A stretch of DNA of 64,000 nucleotides, taken from NCBI GenBank assembly GCA_964057225.1, contig OZ059900.1, forward strand, positions 24,614,001 through 24,678,000. Reading direction: 5' to 3'. The DNA comes from Auanema rhodensis. Its lineage: Eukaryota > Animalia > Nematoda. This document shows positions 12,342 to 26,400 of this stretch, one piece after another. How positions within the stretch are numbered: the first letter of the stretch is position 1; every line of letters starts with the position of its first letter. The notes under the pieces are model-generated. The model was not told where the DNA came from. It worked only from the letters and a program-made list of their open reading frames with translations, and ran no database searches. Position numbers and translations under genes: made by a program.

Positions 12342-15300
12342 CATTGACATTGCATGAGTTTGAACACATGAAATCGTAAGTCAAAACCTTGTTTACAGCG
12401 AAATTTCCAAAAACTAGTTTTCCAGCATAACAAAATATTTCTCATGGGAAATACTGTGTTTTTGTATTTTTCTAGTGTTCAGCATGTAAAATGCTTCATT
12501 TTACTATGTAACACGCTGTAATTCGTTGCATTTGACGACTCATATAAACAAAAATCGATTTAATCAATATTAGCCATAAGGGGCGTGCCCTCAGAATATG
12601 CTAATTTCCTTAATTTTCTAACCCCTGTTTTTTTGTCGTGAAAGTGGAACTAGACGTTGTACAAACAATTTTGAGCTAGGTTTCATTGACATTGCATGAG
12701 TTTGAACACATGAAATCGTAAGTCAAAACCTTGTTTACAGCGAAATTTCCAAAAACTGGTTTTCCAGCATAACAAAATATTTCTCATGAGAAATACTGTG
12801 TTTTTGTATTTTTCTAGTGTTCAGCATGTAAAATGCTTCATTTTAGTATGTAACACGCTGAAATTCGTGGCATTTGACGACTCATATGAACAAAAATCGA
12901 TTTAATCAATATTAGCCATAAGGGGCGTGCCCTCAGAATATGCTAATTTCCTTAATTTTCTAACCCCTGTTTTTTTGTCGTCAAAGTGGAACTAGACGTT
13001 GTACAAACAATTTTGAGCTAGGTTTCATTGACATTGCATGAGTTTGAACACATGAAATCGTAAGTCAAAACCTTGTTTACAGCGAAATTTCCAAAAACTG
13101 GTTTTCCAGCATAATAAAATATTTCTCATGGGAAATACTGTGTTTTTGTATTTTTCTAGTGTTCAGCATGTAAAATGCTTCATTTTAGTATGTAACACGC
13201 TGAAATTCGTTGCATTTGACTACTCATATAAACAAAAATCGATTTAATCAATATTAGCCATAAGGGGCGTGCCCTCAGAATATGCTAATTTCCTTAATTT
13301 TCTAACCCCTGTTTTTTTGTCGTGAAAGTGGAACTAGACGTTGTACAAACAATTTTGAGCTAGGTTTCATTGACATTGCATGAGTTTGAACACATGAAAT
13401 CGTAAGTCAAAACCTTGTTTACAGCGAAATTTCCAAAAACTGGTTTTCCAGCATAATAAAATATTTCTCATGGGAAATACTGTGTTTTTGTATTTTTCTA
13501 GTGTTCAGCATGTAAAATGCTTCATTTTAGTATGTAACACGCTGAAATTCGTTGCATTTGACTACTCATATGAACAAAAATCGATTTAATCAATATTAGC
13601 CATAAGGGGCGTGCCCTCAGAATATGCTAATTTCCTTAATTTTCTAACCCCTGTTTTTTTGTCGTGAAAGTGGAACTAGACGTTGTACAAACAATTTTGA
13701 GCTAGGTTTCATTGACATTGCATGAGTTTGAACACATGAAATCGTAAGTCAAAACCTTGTTTACAGCGAAATTTCCAAAAACTGGTTTTCCAGCATAATA
13801 AAATATTTCTCATGAGAAATACTGTGTTTTTGTATTTTTCTAGTGTTCAGCATGTAAAATGCTTCATTTTTAGTATGTAACACGCTGAAATTCGTTGCAT
13901 TTGACTACTCATATAAACAAAAATCGATTTAATCAATATTAGCCATAAGGGGCGTGCCCTCAGAATATGCTAATTTCCTTAATTTTCTAACCCCTGTTTT
14001 TTTGTCGTGAAAGTGGAACTAGACGTTGTACAAACAATTTTGAGCTAGGTTTCATTGACATTGCATGAGTTTGAACACATGAAATCGTAAGTCAAAACCT
14101 TGTTTACAGCGAAATTTCCAAAAACTGGTTTTCCAGCATAATAAAATATTTCTCATGAGAAATACTATGTTTTTGTATTTTTTTAGTGTTCAGCATGTAA
14201 GATGCTTCATTTAAGTATGTAACACGCTGAAATTCGTTGCATTTGACTACTCATATGAACAAAAATCGATTTAATCAATATTAGCCATAAGGGGCGTGCC
14301 CTCAGAATATGCTAATTTCCTTAATTTTCTAACCCCTGTTTTTTTGTCGTGAAAGTGGAACTAGACGTTGTACAAACAATTTTGAGCTAGGTTTCATTGA
14401 CATTGCATGAGTTTGAACACATGAAATCGTAAGTCAAAACCTTGTTTACAGCGAAATTTCCAAAAACTGGTTTTCCAGCATAATAAAATATTTCTCATGA
14501 GAAATACTGTGTTTTTGTATTTTTCTAGTGTTCAGCATGTAAAATGCTTCATTTAAGTATGTAACACGATGAAATTCGTTGCATTTGACGACTCATATGA
14601 ACAAAAATCGATTTAATCAATATTAGCCATAATGGGCGTGCCCTCAGAATATGCTAATTTCCTTAATTTTCTAACCCCTGTTTTTTTGTCGTGAAAGTGG
14701 AACTAGACGTTGTACAAACAATTTTGAGCTAGGTTTCATTGACATTGCATGAGTTTGAACACATGAAATCGTAAGTCAAAACCTTGTTTACAGCGAAATT
14801 TCCAAAAACTGGTTTTCCAGCATAATAAAATATTTCTCATGGGAAATACTGTGTTTTTGTATTTTTCTAGTGTTCAGCATGTAAAATGCTTCATTTTAGT
14901 ATGTAACACGCTGAAATTCGTTGCATTTGACTACTCATATGAACAAAAATCGATTTAATCAATATTAGCCATAAGGGGCGTGCCCTCAGAATATGCTAAT
15001 TTCCTTAATTTTCTAACCCCTGTTTTTTTGTCGTGAAAGTGGAACTAGACGTTGTACAAACAATTTTGAGCTAGGTTTCATTGACATTGCAGGAGTTTGA
15101 ACACATGAAATCGTAAGTAAAAACCTTGTTTACAGCGAAATTTCCAAAAACTGGTTTTCCAGCATAACAAAATATTTCTCATGAGAAATACTGTGTTTTT
15201 GTATTTTTCTAGTGTTCAGCATGTAAAATGCTTCATTTTAGTATGTAACACGCTGAAATTCGTGGCATTTGACGACTCATATGAACAAAAATCGATTTAA

Positions 15301-15420
15301 TCAATATTAGCCATAAGGGGCGTGCCCTCAGAATATGCTAATTTCCTTAATTTTCTAACCCCTGTTTTTTTGTCGTCAAAGTGGAACTAGACGTTGTACA
15401 AACAATTTTGAGCTAGGTTT

Positions 15421-18400
15421 CATTGACATTGCATGAGTTTGAACACATGAAATCGTAAGTCAAAACCTTGTTTACAGCGAAATTTCCAAAAACTGGTTTT
15501 CCAGCATAATAAAATATTTCTCATGGGAAATACTGTGTTTTTGTATTTTTCTAGTGTTCAGCATGTAAAATGCTTCATTTTAGTATGTAACACGCTGAAA
15601 TTCGTTGCATTTGACTACTCATATGAACAAAAATCGATTTAATCAATATTAGCCATAAGGGGCGTGCCCTCAGAATATGCTAATTTCCTTAATTTTCTAA
15701 CCCCTGTTTTTTTGTCGTGAAAGTGGAACTAGACGTTGTACAAACAATTTTGAGCTAGGTTTTATTGACATTGCATGAGTTTGAACACATGAAATCGTAA
15801 GTCAAAACCTTGTTTACAGCGAAATTTCCAAAAACTGGTTTTCCAGCATAATAAAATATTTCTCATGAGAAATACTGTGTTTTTGTATTTTTCTAGTGTT
15901 CAGCATGTAAAATGCTCCATTTTAGTATGTAACACGCTGAAATTCGTTGCATTTGACGACTCATATGAACAAAAATCGATTTAATCAATATTAGCCATAA
16001 GGGGCGTGCCCTCAGAATATGCTAATTTCCTTAATTTTCTAACCCCTGTTTTTTTGTCGTGAAAGTGGAACTAGACGTTGTACGAACAATTTTGAGCTAG
16101 GTTTCATTGACATTGCATGAGTTTGAACACATGAAATCGTAAGTCAAAACCTTGTTTACAGCGAAATTTCCAAAAACTGGTTTTCCAGCATAATAAAATA
16201 TTTCTCATGGGAAATACTGTGTTTTTGTATTTTTCTAGTGTTCAGCATGTAAAATGCTTCATTTTAGTATGTAACACGCTGAAATTCGTTGCATTTGACG
16301 ACTCATATGAACAAAAATCGATTTAATCAATATTAGCCATAAGGGGCGTGCCCTCAGAATATGCTAATTTCCTTAATTTTCTAACCCCTGTTTTTTTGTC
16401 GTGAAAGTGGAACTAGACGTTGTACGAACAATTTTAAGCTAGGTTTCATTGACATTGCATGAGTTTGAACACATGAAATCGTAAGTCAAAACCTTGTTTA
16501 CAGCGAAATTTCCAAAAACTGGTTTTCCAGCATAATAAAATATTTCTCATGGGAAATACTGTGTTTTTGTATTTTTCTAGTGTTCAGCATGTAAAATGCT
16601 TCATTTTAGTATGTAACACGCTGAAATTCGTTGCATTTGACGACTCATATGAACAAAAATCGATTTAATCAATATTCGTTGTTTTCGTTGCATTTGACTA
16701 CTCATATGAACAAAAATCGATTTAATCAATATTAGCCATAAGGGGCGTGCCCTCAGAATATGCTAATTTCCTTAATTTTCTAACCCCTGTTTTTTTGTCG
16801 TGAAAGTGGAACTAGACGTTGTACGAACAATTTTGAGCTAGGTTTCATTGACATTGCATGAGTTTGAACACATGAAATCGTAAGTCAAAACCTTGTTTAC
16901 AGCGAAATTTCCAAAAACTGGTTTTCCAGCATAATAAAATATTTCTCATGGGAAATACTGTGTTTTTGTATTTTTCTAGTGTTCAGCATGTAAAATGCTT
17001 CATTTTAGTATGTAACACGCTGAAATTCGTTGCATTTGACTACTCATATGAACAAAAATCGATTTAATCAATATTAGCCATAAGGGGCGTGCCCTCAGAA
17101 TATGCTAATTTCCTTAATTTTCTAACCCCTGTTTTTTTGTCGTGAAAGTGGAACTAGACGTTGTACAAACAATTTTGAGCTAGGTTTCATTGACATTGCA
17201 TGAGTTTGAACACATGAAATCGTAAGTCAAAACCTTGTTTACAGCGAAATTTCCAAAAACTGGTTTTCCAGCATAATAAAATATTTCTCATGGGAAATAC
17301 TGTGTTTTTGTACTTTTCTAGTGTTCAGCATGTAAAATGCTTCATTTTAGTATGTAACACGCTGAAATTCGTTGCATTTGACGACTCATATGAACAAAAA
17401 TCGATTAAATCAATATTAGCCATAAGGGGCGTGCCCTCAGAATATGCTAATTTCCTTAATTTTCTAACCCCTGTTTTTTTGTCGTGAAAGTGGAACTAGA
17501 CGTTGTACAAACAATTTTGAGCTAGGTTTCATTGACATTGCATGAGTTTGAACACATGAAATCGTAAGTCAAAACCTTGTTTACAGCGAAATTTCCAAAA
17601 ACTGGTTTTCCAGCATAATAAAATATTTCTCATGGGAAATACTGTGTTTTTGTATTTTTCTAGTGTTCAGCATGTAAAATGCTTCATTTTAGTATGTAAC
17701 ACGCTGAAATTCGTTGCATTTGACTACTCATATGAACAAAAATCGATTTAATCAATATTAGCCATAAGGGGCGTGCCCTCAGAATATGCTAATTTCCTTA
17801 ATTTTCTAACCCCTGTTTTTTTGTCGTGAAAGTGGAACTAGACGTTGTACAAACAATTTTGAGCTAGGTTTTATTGACATTGCATGAGTTTGAACACATG
17901 AAATCGTAAGTCAAAACCTTGTTTACAGCGAAATTTCCAAAAACTGGTTTTCCAGCATAATAAAATATTTCTCATGAGAAATACTGTGTTTTTGTATTTT
18001 TCTAGTGTTCAGCATGTAAAATGCTCCATTTTAGTATGTAACACGCTGAAATTCGTTGCATTTGACGACTCATATGAACAAAAATCGATTTAATCAATAT
18101 TAGCCATAAGGGGCGTGCCCTCAGAATATGCTAATTTCCTTAATTTTCTAACCCCTGTTTTTTTGTCGTGAAAGTGGAACTAGACGTTGTACGAACAATT
18201 TTGAGCTAGGTTTCATTGACATTGCATGAGTTTGAACACATGAAATCGTAAGTCAAAACCTTGTTTACAGCGAAATTTCCAAAAACTGGTTTTCCAGCAT
18301 AATAAAATATTTCTCATGGGAAATACTGTGTTTTTGTATTTTTCTAGTGTTCAGCATGTAAAATGCTTCATTTTAGTATGTAACACGCTGAAATTCGTTG

Positions 18401-19638
18401 CATTTGACGACTCATATGAACAAAAATCGATTTAATCAATATTAGCCATAAGGGGCGTGCCCTCAGAATATGCTAATTTCCTTAATTTTCTAACCCCTGT
18501 TTTTTTGTCGTGAAAGTGGAACTAGACGTTGTACGAACAATTTTAAGCTAGGTTTCATTGACATTGCATGAGTTTGAACACATGAAATCGTAAGTCAAAA
18601 CCTTGTTTACAGCGAAATTTCCAAAAACTGGTTTTCCAGCATAATAAAATATTTCTCATGGGAAATACTGTGTTTTTGTATTTTTCTAGTGTTCAGCATG
18701 TAAAATGCTTCATTTTAGTATGTAACACGCTGAAATTCGTTGCATTTGACGACTCATATGAACAAAAATCGATTTAATCAATATTCGTTGTTTTCGTTGC
18801 ATTTGACTACTCATATGAACAAAAATCGATTTAATCAATATTAGCCATAAGGGGCGTGCCCTCAGAATATGCTAATTTCCTTAATTTTCTAACCCCTGTT
18901 TTTTTGTCGTGAAAGTGGAACTAGACGTTGTACGAACAATTTTGAGCTAGGTTTCATTGACATTGCATGAGTTTGAACACATGAAATCGTAAGTCAAAAC
19001 CTTGTTTACAGCGAAATTTCCAAAAACTGGTTTTCCAGCATAATAAAATATTTCTCATGGGAAATACTGTGTTTTTGTATTTTTCTAGTGTTCAGCATGT
19101 AAAATGCTTCATTTTAGTATGTAACACGCTGAAATTCGTTGCATTTGACTACTCATATGAACAAAAATCGATTTAATCAATATTAGCCATAAGGGGCGTG
19201 CCCTCAGAATATGCTAATTTCCTTAATTTTCTAACCCCTGTTTTTTTGTCGTGAAAGTGGAACTAGACGTTGTACAAACAATTTTGAGCTAGGTTTCATT
19301 GACATTGCATGAGTTTGAACACATGAAATCGTAAGTCAAAACCTTGTTTACAGCGAAATTTCCAAAAACTGGTTTTCCAGCATAATAAAATATTTCTCAT
19401 GGGAAATACTGTGTTTTTGTACTTTTCTAGTGTTCAGCATGTAAAATGCTTCATTTTAGTATGTAACACGCTGAAATTCGTTGCATTTGACGACTCATAT
19501 GAACAAAAATCGATTAAATCAATATTAGCCATAAGGGGCGTGCCCTCAGAATATGCTAATTTCCTTAATTTTCTAACCCCTGTTTTTTTGTCGTGAAAGT
19601 GGAACTAGACGTTGTACAAACAATTTTGAGCTAGGTTT
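15421..19638. repeat. Two apparently identical 2109-bp 6-mer higher-order repeats (6x342+57)
   Basis: Same ordered variants in 15421-17529 and 17530-19638. ORFs at 17290 and 19399, and insertion junctions at 16677, 18786 and 20895, are 2109 apart. Confidence 0.92.
16447..16845. repeat. 399-bp monomer (50-bp duplication of 181-230 plus 7-bp filler), first of nine copies
   Basis: Junction AATATT|CGTTGTT|TTCGTTGC at 16677, 18786, 20895, 22320, 24607, 25690, 29200, 29599, 32392. Confidence 0.95.
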
Positions 19639-22600
19639 CATTGACATTGCATGAGTTTGAACACATGAAATCGTAAGTCAAAACCTTGTTTACAGCGAAA
19701 TTTCCAAAAACTGGTTTTCCAGCATAATAAAATATTTCTCATGGGAAATACTGTGTTTTTGTATTTTTCTAGTGTTCAGCATGTAAAATGCTTCATTTTA
19801 GTATGTAACACGCTGAAATTCGTTGCATTTGACTACTCATATGAACAAAAATCGATTTAATCAATATTAGCCATAAGGGGCGTGCCCTCAGAATATGCTA
19901 ATTTCCTTAATTTTCTAACCCCTGTTTTTTTGTCGTGAAAGTGGAACTAGACGTTGTACAAACAATTTTGAGCTAGGTTTCATTGACATTGCATGAGTTT
20001 GAACACATGAAATCGTAAGTCAAAACCTTGTTTACAGCGAAATTTCCAAAAACTGGTTTTCCAGCATAATAAAATATTTCTCATGAGAAATACTGTGTTT
20101 TTGTATTTTTCTAGTGTTCAGCATGTAAAATGCTTCATTTTAGTATGTAACACGCTGAAATTCGTTGCATTTGACGACTCATATGAACAAAAATCGATTT
20201 AATCAATATTAGCCATAAGGGGCGTGCCCTCAGAATATGCTAATTTCCTTAATTTTCTAACCCCTGATTTTTTGTCGTGAAAGTGGAACTAGACGTTGTA
20301 CGAACAATTTTGAGCTAGGTTTCATTGACATTGCATGAGTTTGAACACATGAAATCGTAAGTCAAAACCTTGTTTACAGCGAAATTTCCAAAAACTGGTT
20401 TTCCAGCATAATAAAATATTTCTCATGGGAAATACTGTGTTTTTGTATTTTTCTAGTGTTCAGCATGTAAAATGCTCCATTTTAGTATGTAACACGCTGA
20501 AATTCGTTGCATTTGACGACTCATATGAACAAAAATCGATTTAATCAATATTAGCCATAAGGGGCGTGCCCTCAGAATATGCTAATTTCCTTAATTTTCT
20601 AACCCCTGTTTTTTTGTCGTGAAAGTGGAACTAGACGTTGTACGAACAATTTTAAGCTAGGTTTCATTGACATTGCATGAGTTTGAACACATGAAATCGT
20701 AAGTCAAAACCTTGTTTACAGCGAAATTTCCAAAAACTGGTTTTCCAGCATAATAAAATATTTCTCATGGGAAATACTGTGTTTTTGTATTTTTCTAGTG
20801 TTCAGCATGTAAAATGCTTCATTTTAGTATGTAACACGCTGAAATTCGTTGCATTTGACGACTCATATGAACAAAAATCGATTTAATCAATATTCGTTGT
20901 TTTCGTTGCATTTGACTACTCATATGAACAAAAATCGATTTAATCAATATTAGCCATAAGGGGCGTGCCCTCAGAATATGCTAATTTCCTTAATTTTCTA
21001 ACCCCTGTTTTTTTGTCGTGAAAGTGGAACTAGACGTTGTACGAACAATTTTGAGCTAGGTTTCATTGACATTGCATGAGTTTGAACACATGAAATCGTA
21101 AGTCAAAACCTTGTTTACAGCGAAATTTCCAAAAACTGGTTTTCCAGCATAATAAAATATTTCTCATGGGAAATACTGTGTTTTTGTATTTTTCTAGTGT
21201 TCAGCATGTAAAATGCTTCATTTTAGTATGTAACACGCTGAAATTCGTTGCATTTGACTACTCATATGAACAAAAATCGATTTAATCAATATTAGCCATA
21301 AGGGGCGTGCCCTCAGAATATGCTAATTTCCTTAATTTTCTAACCCCTGATTTTTTGTCGTGAAAGTGGAACTAGACGTTGTACGAACAATTTTGAGCTA
21401 GGTTTCATTGACATTGCATGAGTTTGAACACATGAAATCGTAAGTCAAAACCTTGTTTACAGCGAAATTTCCAAAAACTGGTTTTCCAGCATAATAAAAT
21501 ATTTCTCATGGGAAATACTGTGTTTTTGTATTTTTCTAGTGTTCAGCATGTAAAATGCTTCATTTTAGTATGTAACACGCTGAAATTCGTTGCATTTGAC
21601 GACTCATATGAACAAAAATCGATTTAATCAATATTAGCCATAAGGGGCGTGCCCTCAGAATATGCTAATTTCCTTAATTTTCTAACCCCTGATTTTTTGT
21701 CGTGAAAGTGGAACTAGACGTTGTACGAACAATTTTGAGCTAGGTTTCATTGACATTGCATGAGTTTGAACACATGAAATCGTAAGTCAAAACCTTGTTT
21801 ACAGCGAAATTTCCAAAAACTGGTTTTCCAGCATAATAAAATATTTCTCATGGGAAATACTGTGTTTTTGTATTTTTCTAGTGTTCAGCATGTAAAATGC
21901 TCCATTTTAGTATGTAACACGCTGAAATTCGTTGCATTTGACGACTCATATGAACAAAAATCGATTTAATCAATATTAGCCATAAGGGGCGTGCCCTCAG
22001 AATATGCTAATTTCCTTAATTTTCTAACCCCTGTTTTTTTGTCGTGAAAGTGGAACTAGACGTTGTACGAACAATTTTAAGCTAGGTTTCATTGACATTG
22101 CATGAGTTTGAACACATGAAATCGTAAGTCAAAACCTTGTTTACAGCGAAATTTCCAAAAACTGGTTTTCCAGCATAATAAAATATTTCTCATGGGAAAT
22201 ACTGTGTTTTTGTATTTTTCTAGTGTTCAGCATGTAAAATGCTTCATTTTAGTATGTAACACGCTGAAATTCGTTGCATTTGACGACTCATATGAACAAA
22301 AATCGATTTAATCAATATTCGTTGTTTTCGTTGCATTTGACTACTCATATGAACAAAAATCGATTTAATCAATATTAGCCATAAGGGGCGTGCCCTCAGA
22401 ATATGCTAATTTCCTTAATTTTCTAACCCCTGTTTTTTTGTCGTGAAAGTGGAACTAGACGTTGTACGAACAATTTTGAGCTAGGTTTCATTGACATTGC
22501 ATGAGTTTGAACACATGAAATCGTAAGTCAAAACCTTGTTTACAGCGAAATTTCCAAAAACTGGTTTTCCAGCATAATAAAATATTTCTCATGGGAAATA

Positions 22601-23454
22601 CTGTGTTTTTGTATTTTTCTAGTGTTCAGCATGTAAAATGCTTCATTTTAGTATGTAACACGCTGAAATTCGTTGCATTTGACTACTCATATGAACAAAA
22701 ATCGATTTAATCAATATTAGCCATAAGGGGCGTGCCCTCAGAATATGCTAATTTCCTTAATTTTCTAACCCCTGTTTTTTTGTCGTGAAAGTGGAACTAG
22801 ACGTTGTACAAACAATTTTGAGCTAGGTTTCATTGACATTGCATGAGTTTGAACACATGAAATCGTAAGTCAAAACCTTGTTTACAGCGAAATTTCCAAA
22901 AACTGGTTTTCCAGCATAATAAAATATTTCTCATGGGAAATACTGTGTTTTTGTACTTTTCTAGTGTTCAGCATGTAAAATGCTTCATTTTAGTATGTAA
23001 CACGCTGAAATTCGTTGCATTTGACGACTCATATGAACAAAAATCGATTAAATCAATATTAGCCATAAGGGGCGTGCCCTCAGAATATGCTAATTTCCTT
23101 AATTTTCTAACCCCTGTTTTTTTGTCGTGAAAGTGGAACTAGACGTTGTACAAACAATTTTGAGCTAGGTTTTATTGACATTGCATGAGTTTGAACACAT
23201 GAAATCGTAAGTCAAAACCTTGTTTACAGAGAAATTTCCAAAAACTGGTTTTCCAGCATAATAAAATATTTCTCATGAGAAATACTGTGTTTTTGTATTT
23301 TTCTAGTGTTCAGCATGTAAAATGCTTCATTTTAGTATGTAACACGCTGAAATTCGTGGCATTTGACGACTCATATGAACAAAAATCGATTTAATCAATA
23401 TTAGCCATAAGGGGCGTGCCCTCAGAATATGCTAATTTCCTTAATTTTCTAACC

Positions 23455-23480
23455 CCTGTTTTTTTGTTTTTTGTATTTTT
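23455..23480. repeat. 164-bp deletion junction (position ~295 joined to ~118 of the next monomer), first of six copies
   Basis: CCCCTGTTTTTTTGTTTTTTGTATTTTTCTAG at about 23466, 27178, 28382, 28743, 35248 and 36110. Confidence 0.95.
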
Positions 23481-26400
23481 CTAGTGTTCAGCATGTAAAA
23501 TGCTTCATTTTAGTATGTAACACGCTGAAATTCGTTGCATTTGACGACTCATATGAACAAAAATCGATTTAATCAATATTAGCCATAAGGGGCGTGCCCT
23601 CAGAATATGCTAATTTCCTTAATTTTCTAACCCCTGTTTTTTTGTCGTGAAAGTGGAACTAGACGTTGTACGAACAATTTTAAGCTAGGTTTCATTGACA
23701 TTGCATGAGTTTGAACACATGAAATCGTAAGTCAAAACCTTGTTTACAGCGAAATTTCCAAAAACTGGTTTTCCAGCATAATAAAATATTTCTCATGGGA
23801 AATACTGTGTTTTTGTATTTTTCTAGTGTTCAGCATGTAAAATGCTTCATTTTAGTATGTAACACGCTGAAATTCGTTGCATTTGACGACTCATATGAAC
23901 AAAAATCGATTTAATCAATATTAGCCATAAGGGGCGTGCCCTCAGAATATGCTAATTTCCTTAATTTTCTAACCCCTGATTTTTTGTCGTGAAAGTGGAA
24001 CTAGACGTTGTACGAACAATTTTGAGCTAGGTTTCATTGACATTGCATGAGTTTGAACACATGAAATCGTAAGTCAAAACCTTGTTTACAGCGAAATTTC
24101 CAAAAACTGGTTTTCCAGCATAATAAAATATTTCTCATGGGAAATACTGTGTTTTTGTATTTTTCTAGTGTTCAGCATGTAAAATGCTCCATTTTAGTAT
24201 GTAACACGCTGAAATTCGTTGCATTTGACGACTCATATGAACAAAAATCGATTTAATCAATATTAGCCATAAGGGGCGTGCCCTCAGAATATGCTAATTT
24301 CCTTAATTTTCTAACCCCTGTTTTTTTGTCGTGAAAGTGGAACTAGACGTTGTACGAACAATTTTAAGCTAGGTTTCATTGACATTGCATGAGTTTGAAC
24401 ACATGAAATCGTAAGTCAAAACCTTGTTTACAGCGAAATTTCCAAAAACTGGTTTTCCAGCATAATAAAATATTTCTCATGGGAAATACTGTGTTTTTGT
24501 ATTTTTCTAGTGTTCAGCATGTAAAATGCTTCATTTTAGTATGTAACACGCTGAAATTCGTTGCATTTGACGACTCATATGAACAAAAATCGATTTAATC
24601 AATATTCGTTGTTTTCGTTGCATTTGACTACTCATATGAACAAAAATCGATTTAATCAATATTAGCCATAAGGGGCGTGCCCTCAGAATATGCTAATTTC
24701 CTTAATTTTCTAACCCCTGTTTTTTTGTCGTGAAAGTGGAACTAGACGTTGTACGAACAATTTTGAGCTAGGTTTCATTGACATTGCATGAGTTTGAACA
24801 CATGAAATCGTAAGTCAAAACCTTGTTTACAGCGAAATTTCCAAAAACTGGTTTTCCAGCATAATAAAATATTTCTCATGGGAAATACTGTGTTTTTGTA
24901 TTTTTCTAGTGTTCAGCATGTAAAATGCTTCATTTTAGTATGTAACACGCTGAAATTCGTTGCATTTGACTACTCATATGAACAAAAATCGATTTAATCA
25001 ATATTAGCCATAAGGGGCGTGCCCTCAGAATATGCTAATTTCCTTAATTTTCTAACCCCTGTTTTTTTGTCGTGAAAGTGGAACTAGACGTTGTACAAAC
25101 AATTTTGAGCTAGGTTTCATTGACATTGCATGAGTTTGAACACATGAAATCGTAAGTCAAAACCTTGTTTACAGCGAAATTTCCAAAAACTGGTTTTCCA
25201 GCATAATAAAATATTTCTCATGGGAAATACTGTGTTTTTGTACTTTTCTAGTGTTCAGCATGTAAAATGCTTCATTTTAGTATGTAACACGCTGAAATTC
25301 GTTGCATTTGACGACTCATATGAACAAAAATCGATTAAATCAATATTAGCCATAAGGGGCGTGCCCTCAGAATATGCTAATTTCCTTAATTTTCTAACCC
25401 CTGTTTTTTTGTCGTGAAAGTGGAACTAGACGTTGTACGAACAATTTTAAGCTAGGTTTCATTGACATTGCATGAGTTTGAACACATGAAATCGTAAGTC
25501 AAAACCTTGTTTACAGCGAAATTTCCAAAAACTGGTTTTCCAGCATAATAAAATATTTCTCATGGGAAATACTGTGTTTTTGTATTTTTCTAGTGTTCAG
25601 CATGTAAAATGCTTCATTTTAGTATGTAACACGCTGAAATTCGTTGCATTTGACGACTCATATGAACAAAAATCGATTTAATCAATATTCGTTGTTTTCG
25701 TTGCATTTGACTACTCATATGAACAAAAATCGATTTAATCAATATTAGCCATAAGGGGCGTGCCCTCAGAATATGCTAATTTCCTTAATTTTCTAACCCC
25801 TGTTTTTTTGTCGTGAAAGTGGAACTAGACGTTGTACGAACAATTTTGAGCTAGGTTTCATTGACATTGCATGAGTTTGAACACATGAAATCGTAAGTCA
25901 AAACCTTGTTTACAGCGAAATTTCCAAAAACTGGTTTTCCAGCATAATAAAATATTTCTCATGGGAAATACTGTGTTTTTGTATTTTTCTAGTGTTCAGC
26001 ATGTAAAATGCTTCATTTTAGTATGTAACACGCTGAAATTCGTTGCATTTGACTACTCATATGAACAAAAATCGATTTAATCAATATTAGCCATAAGGGG
26101 CGTGCCCTCAGAATATGCTAATTTCCTTAATTTTCTAACCCCTGTTTTTTTGTCGTGAAAGTGGAACTAGACGTTGTACAAACAATTTTGAGCTAGGTTT
26201 CATTGACATTGCATGAGTTTGAACACATGAAATCGTAAGTCAAAACCTTGTTTACAGCGAAATTTCCAAAAACTGGTTTTCCAGCATAATAAAATATTTC
26301 TCATGGGAAATACTGTGTTTTTGTACTTTTCTAGTGTTCAGCATGTAAAATGCTTCATTTTAGTATGTAACACGCTGAAATTCGTTGCATTTGACGACTC

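Noticed and set aside
13866-13872. Single extra T in homopolymers (here and about 39701-39708)
   Set aside because: Singleton homopolymer indels may be sequencing error or trivial slippage.
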